A program made the position numbers and the translations under genes. Positions 12,601-24,389 of a DNA stretch of 64,000 nucleotides are shown here, one piece after another; positions within the stretch are counted from its first letter, which is position 1; each line of letters starts with the position of its first letter. Source of the stretch: an uncultured virus (IMG/VR IMGVR_UViG_3300044699_000033) (taxonomy: Duplodnaviria > Heunggongvirae > Uroviricota > Caudoviricetes); the IMG/VR virus record IMGVR_UViG_3300044699_000033. One strand, given 5' to 3'. The notes beneath the pieces are model-generated. The model was not told where the DNA came from, searched no databases, and saw nothing but the letters and a program-made list of their open reading frames with translations.

Positions 12601-15600
12601 TTAGAAATTCACCATTTATTATGATATTTTTACATCTTTTATATAATCCCTTATTCTCTGCATACTTGCAGATTGATTTTTAGGGTCATAAAAGTCTGTA
12701 ATCAATCCTTGTACTTGATTCTGCAATAGTGCAATTTCCTTATCTACTTCTGAGATATTCTCTACATATCTACCATCTTCAGTGAAAGAAGGAGTCATTA
12801 CCTTTTGCTTATCATAGTCAAAGTCAAGTCCTGATTTGAAGGTTGCTTCATCTGGTAAAATTACTACATTCCCCATTGTAGGAGAAAGGAATTCTTTCAC
12901 CAAGCCAAACTCCATAGAGTTAGGACCCTGGATAGGTACTCTACCCATTATCACTGTAAGTGACTTCTTATTAGCCTTGTCTCCATTCCTCATTCTTTAA
13001 AAGAGCATTAAGTCTTTTTAATGTGCCTATAGGCTTTCCGTCAGGATGATTTCTTTGAAGAAGTTTAACGAATTCTCCATTTAGAGTGATCCTAATATCA
13101 GCAAGCTATTGTGCCATTTTCATCATACTTGTAGAAATTCAATTTACCTCTATGTGCATTTGAAACAAGTACAAAGTCACCACCTGGCATTTCCCATCTT
13201 CTAAGCCTTTTGTCTGCAAGTCCTGCTACTAAGTCTATAATCTGCTTAACAAACCCTGACTCTTCAAGCACACCTTTAAGGAGAGCCATTTTCTACCTCT
13301 AAAGCTTTAATAGTATTGGAGTTAAGTTGTTGAGCCTTAGCTTGTTTTATAAGTCTTTCAGAAAGCCTGTTCATATCTACTGCAAATCTTAGGAAGTCCA
13401 GGTTTCTTTATCTATAATAACTTTCCCCTTTTCATCTACAGCATCAGAAATACCTAATTCTCCAAGAAGGTCTACTCCTTGAAGTTTCTGTATTTCTTTA
13501 GAGCAGCTATATATCTTCCATAAGATGTCCAACTTTCTCACTAACAGGCTTTCCTTCACTGAATAAGTTACTGAAGATAAGCTTTAATAACTGTGTAGGA
13601 ATAGCTGTAGAGTCATTCTGTTGAATCTTTGGTCTTATCTGCATCTTCAGGAGTTCTGTAGCATACAGGTCTGGCTCAACTTGCTCAATATTGTTTATGT
13701 CTACAGTAGGTGTAGTGTATAGCTTTGTTCCTGATTTATACTTAACATACCCAATTTGCTTATTAGTCATATCTAATAATAACTTCTTAAGTATAGGTTT
13801 GTCTCTTACATCTGAAGGCAATAGTACAGCAGTAGAGAACTTGTCTAATGCCTTTGCATTAATAGTAGTACTCTCATTTCCACCCCAGTATGTCATTTTC
13901 AATACAGGGATAGCATACTTATTAGGGTTTTCAAAAATAGTAGCTTCAAGGTTTTCTAAATCTTCCTCTTGTTCTTTTGTAAGTTTTTGGTCTAAAATAT
14001 CTCTTCTGAATATTAATCCTTCATATCTGTAGGCTATTTCAATGTTGTCATTATTAAATGCATGTCTAAGAGACAACTCTCTATGGAAATCAAGAGATAT
14101 ATATCCTTGTCCATCAGCAGGTTTTTGGTCTTCTCTTTTTGCAAGTAGCTCATTTACAATATATTGTCTAGTGAACTTAGTATTTGCACCATCCCTTTTT
14201 ATAAGAGATTCTATAATATCATCAATAATCTTATCATCTGTGTAAGCATACTGCTTACCTTGAGCTTGCTTATACTCTGTTAATGTCTTTGTTTGGAAAT
14301 TTTTGTCATTATTTCTGTACTGCTTTCCTAAAGCTCCAGAAATAGAATACTTCTCATGGAACATTCTCTCATATGGAGACCTTCTATATTCTGTAAATAA
14401 TGCATGTACAGCAGCTAAGTCACCTGTAGAGGAAACACCTTTTAATCTCTTGTGGAATTCATTTGTATAAAGAGGGTCTATACCATAAAGAATTGAGAAT
14501 TCTATATTTTGAACAAGTGTATTTGCTACAAAAGCTTCTTAAAGGGAATCAAAATCTTCATTGGAAATAAGTTCATCTCTATTAATATCTCCATTGATTA
14601 GTCTTTTGGCTGTTTGGGAAACTGCTTCAGACTTATCAATTCCAAGTTTATCCATTTCATCTTTTAGTCTTTGAACTTCTCTAACCATTTGATTTTCAAA
14701 AGCATCCATAAATCTATTAAAAATAGCTGAACCAAATTCAATATTTCCTGCTGCTTTTAAATCATCTCTTAATGCAGGATTGTCCTGTTCAAGAGTTTCG
14801 TAGAATATAGAGAATTGACTATATGCTTCTGGAAGTCCTGGATTTTCATCAAGCTTAGTCTTATATGACTTAATCCTAGTTAATTCAGCAGTGAGATAAT
14901 TAAACATTATCTTTCTGAATTTGTTATTAGATTGAAAAGCTTTCTCTTTTGATGTAAAACCAGTTACAGGAAAGTATCTTTGAGTTTCTCCATTCTGCTT
15001 TATCATGGAAATAGTAAAGAAGGAATGTGAAACTTCAGGTCTGATAGTATCAGTTTTTCCTTCTACCCACATCATGTTTAAATCCTGTATAAGCTTATCT
15101 CTTGCAGAGAGTTCCCTTTCCACTTGAGCACTTCTGCCTTCCAGTCTATTCTTATACCCTGATAGGTTTGCTAAATCTATACTTGTTTTTCTTCCTTGTT
15201 CATCTACTCTTCTTGTTCCATCTTCTTTGAATAAGAAGTTTATCATACCTGAAACTTTAAATAAAGGGTCATATTTAGCAGTTCTAAAAGGAGAAGTTTT
15301 CATCAAATCATCTAATGTCTCTGCATTATTTAAATGATATGTAACAGCAGACAATTGATTATCTAAAGACATTAAATAGGCTAATTCTCCTTTTGCAGTT
15401 CTTGTTGATAATGAAGGAGATATAGTAGAATACTTACTTTCAAATTGTACTAATTCATTAATGCTTTTTCTTTCTGACCTTATATTAACTCTCTCATTAG
15501 GATTAAACTTTTCAGATAATTCCTTAAGAGGTTCAAATATTTGCTGTCCTGCATTTAGTCTCTTAACTAAAGAATCATAAAGCAATCCTGTTGTTTTTGC

Positions 15601-16782
15601 AAGCATTGCATCATAGTCATCTTTCTTTGTATCCGAATCAAGAAAATCAACACCTGATAGTTTGATTCCTAATAAAGAAAGGAAATCAAGCATTTCATTT
15701 TCTGTTGTAGGTTTGCTTGGTAGATGATTAATTATTTCTTCACCTTTTGGTTTTCCAATATATGTTCCAAAAAGTTCATCCTGTTTCAGGAATCTCTTTA
15801 CATTATCATTAACATCTCCAATTTGGAAACTTGATGTAAATTGTTCTCTAATACCGTTTACATTACCTGTTATTTCATCAACTACAATAAAATCTCCTGT
15901 CTCTGTCCTAATAGCTGACTGTAGTTGTATAGTAGGTTTACTAAATTGTTGATAGAACTCATTCAGAAGATTATACTCTCCTCTTGTATTATTAGAATGT
16001 GATTTATCTACTTTTAATATTTCTGCAACATATTTAGCTTCTGGAACAACTCTTAATATATCAGGATCTGTCAATTTGGCAAACATTTCATCAGGGTCTT
16101 TAGTTCCTGCTAAAGCTACTAATAGCTTGTTGAAAGTAGGACCAAAGTCAGCAGTAGTAGGAAGACCATCTTGGTCTTTGAATATCTCTCCTGTTTCAGG
16201 ATCTACCTTTGGAATAAGCCTAAATATAAGTTTTACAGCAGGAGATACAAGTTCTATAGGAGATGTATCATTACCTGACCTATCTTTATATTTCTCTGTT
16301 AAATCTTTTTCCTCCTCAACTCCTCCTATTTCAGAGTCATCTCCTTGGTCATTATCTGTGGTTTCATCAGGAAGTGTACCTTCATCTATTGCTGTCTGCA
16401 CATTCTTTATAACAGAATTAAATAGGAAATAATGTCCTATAAACTGGTCAAAATTTGGAAGGATAATATCATTAATATCATTAATAGCCTCTGATGACAT
16501 ATCTACAAAAGGAGATGTCTCAATTCCTTTGGCTCTTTCTGGTATAGAGTTTTCATAAACTGTTCTTATTCCTTCTCTGATCTTCTTTGCATTCTTAGGA
16601 TTTGTAAGACTAATAGGTGTCCATCCCAGGCTAGAGGCATTTTGTCTAAATACCTGACCTATTACAAAGTCTGTAAGCTTATGATACTTAGCAGTCTTAT
16701 AATCATCAAATACAGATTTAGAAATATCAATACCTGCATTAACCTCTTTTGGAGCTATTTCTGGAGCACATTTTGATGCCAT
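9698..16782 (-). CDS. Virion-packaged DNA-dependent RNA polymerase (phi14:2 gp66-like, ~2350 aa); fragmented by errors
   Basis: GRVPIQGPNSM...SGLDFDYDK with the catalytic DxDxD at 12811-12825, and a FHKRLKGVSSTG motif. ORFs 14539-16782 and 13507-14364 are in frame across a single TAA; the remaining pieces join by frameshifts. Confidence 0.85.
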
Positions 16783-19700
16783 TATTTACAATTACGATTT
16801 AAAAAGTCTTCAAGTTGTTGTTTTCCTTTATCTGTTAAAAGTGTTTTTACAAACGGAACAGGAGATATTCTCTGCTGTTCTGCAGTTGTACTTACTATAC
16901 CTTTTCCATCTTCTCCCACAAAAGCATCATTTTCTCCTACTATAGGAAGTCCATATGCTATTATTTTGCCTTCTTGTGCTTCTAGTTCTGTCCTATACAT
17001 TCCTGAAATTGTGCCATCCTTAGCCTTTTGGAAAGGATAAGCTTGTGTCAAGGCTTCTATTGCTTTACCAAATTCCTTGTTAGTTTCATCTATTATAAGG
17101 CTTTTAGTCTTATTAATAGCTCTTCTTATTATCCCTGTCTCAGAATTCATTACATAGTTAGATTCTCCTACAGAAGCTGTGTATGTCTTATTTTCTGCCT
17201 TATTAGCAGTATTTCCTAATACCTTATTAACATCCTTAACCTCCTGACCCTTAGCCTTGTTTAATATCTCATTTGCCTTTGCATCCTCATCATCTTCTAC
17301 TTCTTCTGTCTTAGGTGTAGGAACTTTTGTTTCTGCTTTCTTTTCTTCTACTTTATTTTCCTTTGTTTTAGCAGCAGGTTTTGCCTTTAAGTCTTTCTTG
17401 AGAGTATCAAGTCTGCCATTAAGCTTATCAAACTGTGCTTGAGAAATAGCTTTCTTACCTAGTAAAGTTACTAATTCTTTCTTATAAGAATCAATTGCTT
17501 TTGCTGTAAGCTGTTGATTATCAATAGTTTGTTTTACTTTAGCAGCAAAATTATCATAATTAGTCTTCTGTACAGCTACTGTATCATCTACTTGGGATAC
17601 TTTATTGTCTATCACCTTAAATGAGAAGTAGGCATTTACAGGCTTCATGTACAGATTACCATCTTTGTCTAAAGTCTTCTTTAAGGATGTTACAGCTTTA
17701 CTTTTTACAAATGTCATATACTCTTCAGGAGTGATAGCTATAAATGAGTTTGTTTCAGGATTGTAGACATTCATACCATCATCTAAAGCCTTTTTGCTGA
17801 CATTAAACCTTAAATCTCCGTAAGCAAAAGATTCTTTTTTAGAACCTTTTCTCTTTTCCTTTGGAAGATTCATGTCATTCTTGTCTAGTCTTTTGAATAC
17901 TATTGTATATTTACCATTTACCTCTTTTGGTCTAAAAGTATGAGTTTCCTTATTTGTGTAGAACATTGTATTAAGATAATCTCTTATTACTTTTTGTGCT
18001 TCTTCTAATGTGTCAAATTGTTTTGCAGGAATATTAGTTCCGTTTCCTAATATCTTTTGTACATTAGCAAACTCTGTTCCACTTGATTTAAGTTGTGCAG
18101 TGCCTACCTGGAATGCTACCTTTCCAAATGTAGCTACAATACTACCCTTCTTGAAGTTCTTGTCATCAAGAGTCTTTACAGAAAGTGTAAATCCATCTCC
18201 AAATCTCTGCAAAACAGGAACTACTTTATCAGCTACAGGCATTATTCCACTTGTAGCTTCTATTACACTTACTTGTACTTTTGCTGTAGGATCATTTTTT
18301 ATTAATTCTCTAGCCTCAAGATTTATTGCATTGTCATTATCATATGACTCATAGGCAGCTTCTGTAGTAGACCCTTTTTGGTCTGCCCATATAGATGCCC
18401 TTTGTGCAACTTTGTAGTTTTTAAATATATCTGTCCTAAAAGAAAACACTACAGGAAAATCTGCTAAATCTTTATATTTTCCTGGGAGAATATCATTAAC
18501 TGTAACTCTCTTACCCTCAAGAGTTTCCATGACTATTACCTGTCCTGAAGGTACAATAGGTTCTTCCCCCTCTTTTAATATCTTAGCAGGTGCTTTGTAT
18601 AACTGTGGGAATGTATCTTTTACAATAAAGAACTTATATTTATTATTTACTTCAGCATCATTGATAATATTTGCAATAACAGTTTTTCTAACTTCATCAT
18701 AAGGAGAGTTAACAAGCTGTTCTATGTCTCCTTCTTCAGTTATTTCTACTGTATCATCAGTAGACGATGTATTAGGAGTGAGCCAACTCAATGGATTATT
18801 TATAGTTATCTCATCTCTTTGTCCCTTGCTGCCTTGCTTTTCATCTGTAACTACTGTATCTCCTGAATCTTCTTCATCAGGTTCTGTGGTTGTATCTTTG
18901 TCATCTTCTGTAGTAGCCTGTACAGGAGGTGTAGTTGTAGCAGTTTTAACAGCAGTATTATATTGTTCCTGTGTTATTACCTTGTCAACCAATGCTTTAT
19001 CTAAAGCAGCTTTGTCAGGATATGTTTGTTCTCCTACCTTAAACTCTTGAGGTGTAGCAGGAGTGGAAACATTCTGTCTTGTCATGGCTCTTCCCACATA
19101 GTCAATGTAATCATTCCAATTCTGTAACCCATCTTCAGGGTCAAGAATAGAATCTGCAATATGCTCATTATGTTGTTGAGCAAATTCTAACTCTGCTTGG
19201 TCTCTATAAGCATTTTTGTAAGCTCCTAATAAATCTGTCAGAAGTTTACTTTTGAAATCAATTACTTTATCATTAAACTGTACATTACCATCTTTATCTA
19301 TTGTTGGAGCACTTTGTCCAAGTGTTTTATTGAGTACATCAATTGCGTTATTAGCTTCAGCTATTCTTGATTTATGATAATCTTTAACAAATCCTGGAGC
19401 ATCTTTGTCAAGAAGTTCTGAATGTATTTCTCTTTTGGCTACAGCCTCTATATATTCTCTTGCATTAGTTTTTGCTAATGCCTGTTCTATAAACTCTCCT
19501 TGTGGAAGCTTTGTATTATTTAATAGAAAATCAACAAGAGTTGTAAGCCTATCCTGAACATTCTTTTCATACTTCTTCAGAACAGGTTGAATAGCATCCC
19601 TTTCTGACTTTAAATCAAAAGCTCTATCCTTTATAGCTATATTGATTTGCTCCAATTGAGCAGGACTATATTTGTCAGAAGTATGATTTGGCTTTGCTTG

Positions 19701-21740
19701 AATTTCATCATAAGTCTTTGCTGCATTAGTTATGTAATTAGCAGTCTCTATAGGATTAGAGAAAAACTTTTCTCCCTTTGACACTACATCTCTATTTGCT
19801 AAATCTTGTATTCTTGTTGCAGCCTCTTGCACTTTGCCAACTTTTGCAAGACCTCTTACATAGTTATCAAGAAGCTTATTCTGTAACATTTGAAGTTCTT
19901 CATTTCCAAATGCTCCTTTTGTCTTTAAATCATCAAGAATTTCTTGCTTTGCTGCAAATGATTCAAATGCTGCAACCTTTGAAGAAAGTTTATTCTCATC
20001 TATTGTACCATCTTCTTTTCTTACATCTTGTGTAGAAAGGAAGTTATTATAAGCATTATTAGTTTCTGCTATAGCTACATCTGTTGCTAATTGCTCTTGT
20101 CTTCTTTCCCCAAGAGTAAAGCTTGTTTTTCCTGTAACAGGATTTATTCTTCTACCAAACTTAGCACCCCCTATACCTCCAGCAACACCAAGGATTCCAC
20201 CTACACCAATAGAAAGAGAGTTCTCTCTATCATTACCTTTGAGTGTATCAATAGTTTGACTCACATATTGTTCAAGAATTCCAAAGAAACCACCTCTTGC
20301 TTTCTCCATTACACCAGCACTATCTGTATCATCCCCAAATCTTTTGTATTCTCCTCTTGAAGCTCTATCAATAGCATTTTGTATATTTTCTTCCCAGAAG
20401 CCTTCTATCATTGTACCTTTGAAAGCTATTGGTGCATATTTAGCTGTTACCTTTCCCACATAACTACCTGCTATTTTCCCAAATACATTATCTTTATAAG
20501 CCTTAAAGTCTAAATGCCCTGTATCTTTCAGGATAGTTCTCGTAGTATTTACACCAGTATTTTTTACCCTTCCTGCTAAAGGTTTGATAATATTCTTCAT
20601 CTCCCAAGCATTAGACACCATTAAAGCAGGGAAGTTCCATCCAAATGATGAAGCTGCTGCTTTACCTGCTAATTCTTGTATTTCTCTATCTGTATAGGTG
20701 TTATTTCCTAATGCTCTTTCATCAAGAAGTTGTTGCTTGGTTTCAGAATATTGACCAGTAGCCTGAAATGCTGCTTCATTTGCAGTATTAAAAATGGAAA
20801 GTCCTGCTTCTCCATATGTATCTGCACCTGTAATTCCTCTAAATCCTGCTCTTAAAGCATTTCCAACTCTTGCAGCAACACTGGCTTCTGCTCCTATTTC
20901 TGCACCAAGACCAGCACCTTTTGCAAGCCATCCTGCCTTAGAAGCTATACCAGCAGGTATAAACGCAGATGCCATAAAGGATACACCATCTGCTACTGTA
21001 TCATTCCAGAAAGCATAGTTTCCTAATTGTGAGAAGAAGCCTTTTTCATCAAATCCTGCCTGTCTGTATACAGGTACTACAAAGTCTCTGAAATCATCAT
21101 TAGCATTCTTCATTACCTTTGAAAGTGTATTATCTGCAACATCTTGCCAATAGTGTACTTCTTTTCCTGCAAATGCTTTAGCACCATCAATTATACCATT
21201 TGTTACCATGCTACCAAGATAGCCTGCACCTTCTACAAACTTAGTTGCTGTTCCAACAATAACCCTTGTAGGGAATCTCCATAATACATTCTTCATGGCT
21301 CTTGTGAACCAACCATCATCCATGTAAGAATTCTTATAGTAAAAGTCCTCATTATCTGAGAACATGTCATACCCATACTTATCATCTATGAACTTATCTA
21401 CACCTCTGTTAAAAGGAGTTCTGAATTCCTTTCCTATATTCAGTCTTGCATAAGGATTAGAATATGCATTCTTTTCCATAGTAGATAATGCCAAATCCCT
21501 TACTTTTGGGTCATTAGATACAAGAGCATCACTAATCTTAATAGGAGGAATAGTAGTTTGTTCAGTTGTTGTAGAAGAAGAAACACCTCTTCCTGCAACA
21601 GGGTCAAAGTAATCAATACCAAAATCCTTTGATGGTCTATTAAATACTTCATTCATTCTATTAAAAGTATCTAATTTTATATCAAAGGCAGTTTGGGAAT
21701 CATACCCTGTTCTTATATCTGGTGAGAGTGTTACTGGCAT
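16782..21740 (-). CDS. Large virion-ejected (cargo) protein with Gly/Ala-rich hydrophobic segments
   Basis: Intact 1652-aa ORF; EGFWEENIQ motif and GGILGVAGG segments; directly upstream of the vRNAP as in crAss-like phages. Confidence 0.65.
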   Translation of the reverse strand: MPVTLSPDIRTGYDSQTAFDIKLDTFNRMNEVFNRPSKDFGIDYFDPVAGRGVSSSTTTEQTTIPPIKISDALVSNDPKVRDLALSTMEKNAYSNPYARLNIGKEFRTPFNRGVDKFIDDKYGYDMFSDNEDFYYKNSYMDDGWFTRAMKNVLWRFPTRVIVGTATKFVEGAGYLGSMVTNGIIDGAKAFAGKEVHYWQDVADNTLSKVMKNANDDFRDFVVPVYRQAGFDEKGFFSQLGNYAFWNDTVADGVSFMASAFIPAGIASKAGWLAKGAGLGAEIGAEASVAARVGNALRAGFRGITGADTYGEAGLSIFNTANEAAFQATGQYSETKQQLLDERALGNNTYTDREIQELAGKAAASSFGWNFPALMVSNAWEMKNIIKPLAGRVKNTGVNTTRTILKDTGHLDFKAYKDNVFGKIAGSYVGKVTAKYAPIAFKGTMIEGFWEENIQNAIDRASRGEYKRFGDDTDSAGVMEKARGGFFGILEQYVSQTIDTLKGNDRENSLSIGVGGILGVAGGIGGAKFGRRINPVTGKTSFTLGERRQEQLATDVAIAETNNAYNNFLSTQDVRKEDGTIDENKLSSKVAAFESFAAKQEILDDLKTKGAFGNEELQMLQNKLLDNYVRGLAKVGKVQEAATRIQDLANRDVVSKGEKFFSNPIETANYITNAAKTYDEIQAKPNHTSDKYSPAQLEQINIAIKDRAFDLKSERDAIQPVLKKYEKNVQDRLTTLVDFLLNNTKLPQGEFIEQALAKTNAREYIEAVAKREIHSELLDKDAPGFVKDYHKSRIAEANNAIDVLNKTLGQSAPTIDKDGNVQFNDKVIDFKSKLLTDLLGAYKNAYRDQAELEFAQQHNEHIADSILDPEDGLQNWNDYIDYVGRAMTRQNVSTPATPQEFKVGEQTYPDKAALDKALVDKVITQEQYNTAVKTATTTPPVQATTEDDKDTTTEPDEEDSGDTVVTDEKQGSKGQRDEITINNPLSWLTPNTSSTDDTVEITEEGDIEQLVNSPYDEVRKTVIANIINDAEVNNKYKFFIVKDTFPQLYKAPAKILKEGEEPIVPSGQVIVMETLEGKRVTVNDILPGKYKDLADFPVVFSFRTDIFKNYKVAQRASIWADQKGSTTEAAYESYDNDNAINLEARELIKNDPTAKVQVSVIEATSGIMPVADKVVPVLQRFGDGFTLSVKTLDDKNFKKGSIVATFGKVAFQVGTAQLKSSGTEFANVQKILGNGTNIPAKQFDTLEEAQKVIRDYLNTMFYTNKETHTFRPKEVNGKYTIVFKRLDKNDMNLPKEKRKGSKKESFAYGDLRFNVSKKALDDGMNVYNPETNSFIAITPEEYMTFVKSKAVTSLKKTLDKDGNLYMKPVNAYFSFKVIDNKVSQVDDTVAVQKTNYDNFAAKVKQTIDNQQLTAKAIDSYKKELVTLLGKKAISQAQFDKLNGRLDTLKKDLKAKPAAKTKENKVEEKKAETKVPTPKTEEVEDDEDAKANEILNKAKGQEVKDVNKVLGNTANKAENKTYTASVGESNYVMNSETGIIRRAINKTKSLIIDETNKEFGKAIEALTQAYPFQKAKDGTISGMYRTELEAQEGKIIAYGLPIVGENDAFVGEDGKGIVSTTAEQQRISPVPFVKTLLTDKGKQQLEDFLNRNCK

Positions 21741-24337
21741 TATTGCTTGTTTTGGTTATTTAAACCTTGCAATGTTTGGTCTAGTTGTATTAAGATATTT
21801 TCTTTTTCATCCATTCCTTTTGTATTATAAAATGGAACTTCTTGTGTTTTTCCACCTTTATTTACTATCATAATATATTGAGGTGAATTAGTTCCTATTT
21901 TTTTAGTTACCTTTACAGAATAAGATGCTCCATCTCTATCTTTTCCAACCTGAAGAACAATACCATTGGGAGGAAGAGTAGGAGTTTTCTTCTCAAGATA
22001 ATTGAGTTGTAATCTTAATACATCTGAATAGAGTGGTTGTTTAAGTTGAGGAGTCTCTGCTAATATCTTTGTAAAAGAAGGTAGTACTATTTCCAATGTC
22101 TGACTATCTGGTGAACTTGGATAAACACTTTGGGCTACACCATTCTTTGCAAGAGCATCTCTCATATCTTTTGCAGATATAGGACCACTTTTACTACCTG
22201 TAGCCTGTATTCTAACTTTTCCTGTAGTAGGATCTATCGGACCAACTGAATTAAATTTAATTTCTCCTACATCTTTATCAGCAAGATAGTTTCCAAATAA
22301 TGTTTGCATATCTCTTTCTCCTTGAGAATCTTTGGTAAATAGGTCACCTGTAGCAATTCCCATTTTTTGAACTGCTGTAGATTCTCCTAAATATTTATCT
22401 AAAATACTTTTATAGCTCCCTTGTGTATTATTATTCAAGAAATCATATTTTTCAATAACATTTTTGTTATTTTCAAACCATCCAACTTGCTTACCTTCTT
22501 TATCATATAAAGGATATGAAGTAATACTAGGAGTAGCTCCTGGACCATACTGCTGTATTACATCTCTTGAAAAATGCAATTCTGGGTCTGTTCCTGCTAT
22601 TATAGATGCTGACCTTTCTGCACTTATAGTTTGACCATTAAATAATGTAACAGGCTTTGTAGAAGATAGTATCTGCTTTGACTTAGTTTCAAAATCTGCT
22701 CTTATCTGCGGGTTAGACTTACTTACTTCATTCTTAGCATCTTCTAAAATACCACCAAGAGCTGTCTTTCTATTATCTATTTCAAGAAGTCTATTAGTTA
22801 CATCTATTATTTTTTGTTTATCAGGGTCTGAATTATCTGCATGTTCTATATAAGTATTTAGCAAGCCCCATGCCTTCTTGTAATTATCCTCATTAAAAGC
22901 TGTAGCATCTCCAATCTCAATATCTCCTGTAATTTTTCTTATAGTAGGATCATTTTTCATATCCTTAATAATATCAAACTTCTGAGCATTTAGAGTATTA
23001 ATTTGACCTTCTAATTTACCTGATGTTGTAGCTTCTTCTTTGTATGCCTGTGTTAGAAATTCTGCAAGATTACAACCTGGGGTTTGAGCACATAATTGAA
23101 ACCTTTTTAGATTATCTCCTCCTATTTTGTTACCGTTTTCATCCACACCAAGTTTAAGCTTATTCTGAAACTTTATATTTTCTAAATCTACATCATTTAA
23201 GAATCCAGCATATTGTCTCCTATTTAATTGATCCTGAACATAATGTGTAATATAAATAGGGTCTGCTTTCATTGTACTCTCTATATCTGCAGTGGCAAAT
23301 GCTTGAGCAAAAGCTCCATTACTTCTTTTAAAGAATGCATTAGCAGCTAAATCCTCATAGTTTTGTTTCATGTAGTTGTCATCCCACGAATTATAAGTAA
23401 CTAAATCCTTTTTTAGCTTATCTATATTATCATCTATTACTCCTATTTGAGAATTAAGTTCTGCCACTCTATCCTCATTTCCTGCAACTTTTGCTTTAGC
23501 TTCTCTTTCTGCATTTAACTTATTCCTTTGGTCTGTATAGAAACTCTTTCTATCTGAAGCAGAATCTATATAATCTTGCTTAACTGCTTGATAATCATTA
23601 CCATATCTTACACTTCCTGATATTCTATTCTGTTGTCTTGACCTCTGTGACAAAGCACCTTCAAGACATCCATAAAGTTTTGCTTCAGATAATGACTTGT
23701 CTGAGAATGTTGAAAGATAAGGACCATTATTAGTCATATTAGAAAGCTTGTTTCCTTTACAGAGCTTCATAATATCCATCTTTTCCTTTGTATCATCATA
23801 ATAAGGAACATATTCTGAATCTTTTGCATTCTGGTATATCTCATCTACCTGATTTCTACTTATCTTATTGTTAAAACCTTGGAATCCTTTTAGAGCATAC
23901 GCAAGGTTATCCATATGAAAACCAGCCCCTTGTGTCTTTAAATCTCTCTTAAATCTGTCTGCCTCAGCAAATATATTAGATTTTAGATTAGTGAGGTGGT
24001 CATCCTGCATCATAGCCTTATCCTGAAATATAGGCTTAAATATGTTAAGTCCTTCTCTTTGTACATCTGGATTAGCCAGGTCTCCTGAGGATAATTTAGT
24101 AAGCTGCTTTTGGGCATCCTCCATAAACTTGTCCCTTAAGTCCTTATTCTCATCTAGTGTGAGGTTCAGGTTTAATACAGAATCATATGCAGACTTTACT
24201 CTTGCAGCTCCTGCTTTCCAGAACTGGTCAAGAGCCATAGCTGTGGCAGCTATTTGCTGTGTATTCAGCTTATAAGGCTGGTACTCTGAGGCTGCTTTGT
24301 AGTCATTCTGTTGATATGGTGATGTCGAAATAGGCAT
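21740..24337 (-). CDS. Virion cargo/internal protein
   Basis: Intact 865-aa ORF, coiled-coil rich, in the cargo gene block. Confidence 0.55.
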   Translation of the reverse strand: MPISTSPYQQNDYKAASEYQPYKLNTQQIAATAMALDQFWKAGAARVKSAYDSVLNLNLTLDENKDLRDKFMEDAQKQLTKLSSGDLANPDVQREGLNIFKPIFQDKAMMQDDHLTNLKSNIFAEADRFKRDLKTQGAGFHMDNLAYALKGFQGFNNKISRNQVDEIYQNAKDSEYVPYYDDTKEKMDIMKLCKGNKLSNMTNNGPYLSTFSDKSLSEAKLYGCLEGALSQRSRQQNRISGSVRYGNDYQAVKQDYIDSASDRKSFYTDQRNKLNAEREAKAKVAGNEDRVAELNSQIGVIDDNIDKLKKDLVTYNSWDDNYMKQNYEDLAANAFFKRSNGAFAQAFATADIESTMKADPIYITHYVQDQLNRRQYAGFLNDVDLENIKFQNKLKLGVDENGNKIGGDNLKRFQLCAQTPGCNLAEFLTQAYKEEATTSGKLEGQINTLNAQKFDIIKDMKNDPTIRKITGDIEIGDATAFNEDNYKKAWGLLNTYIEHADNSDPDKQKIIDVTNRLLEIDNRKTALGGILEDAKNEVSKSNPQIRADFETKSKQILSSTKPVTLFNGQTISAERSASIIAGTDPELHFSRDVIQQYGPGATPSITSYPLYDKEGKQVGWFENNKNVIEKYDFLNNNTQGSYKSILDKYLGESTAVQKMGIATGDLFTKDSQGERDMQTLFGNYLADKDVGEIKFNSVGPIDPTTGKVRIQATGSKSGPISAKDMRDALAKNGVAQSVYPSSPDSQTLEIVLPSFTKILAETPQLKQPLYSDVLRLQLNYLEKKTPTLPPNGIVLQVGKDRDGASYSVKVTKKIGTNSPQYIMIVNKGGKTQEVPFYNTKGMDEKENILIQLDQTLQGLNNQNKQ

Positions 24338-24389
24338 AATTTAGCAAATTTACATTATATTTAATTGAAAAACCAATTAATATTTAATA

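Noticed and set aside
3813..16782. Stop-codon reassignment (TAG/TGA recoding, as in some crAss-like phages) as the cause of ORF fragmentation
   Set aside because: The breaks I examined are frame changes or an isolated TAA (14539). Genes of 1500+ codons at 16.8-33 kb and the 46.5-64 kb block are intact in the standard code. Errors cluster regionally, as expected for low-coverage long reads.
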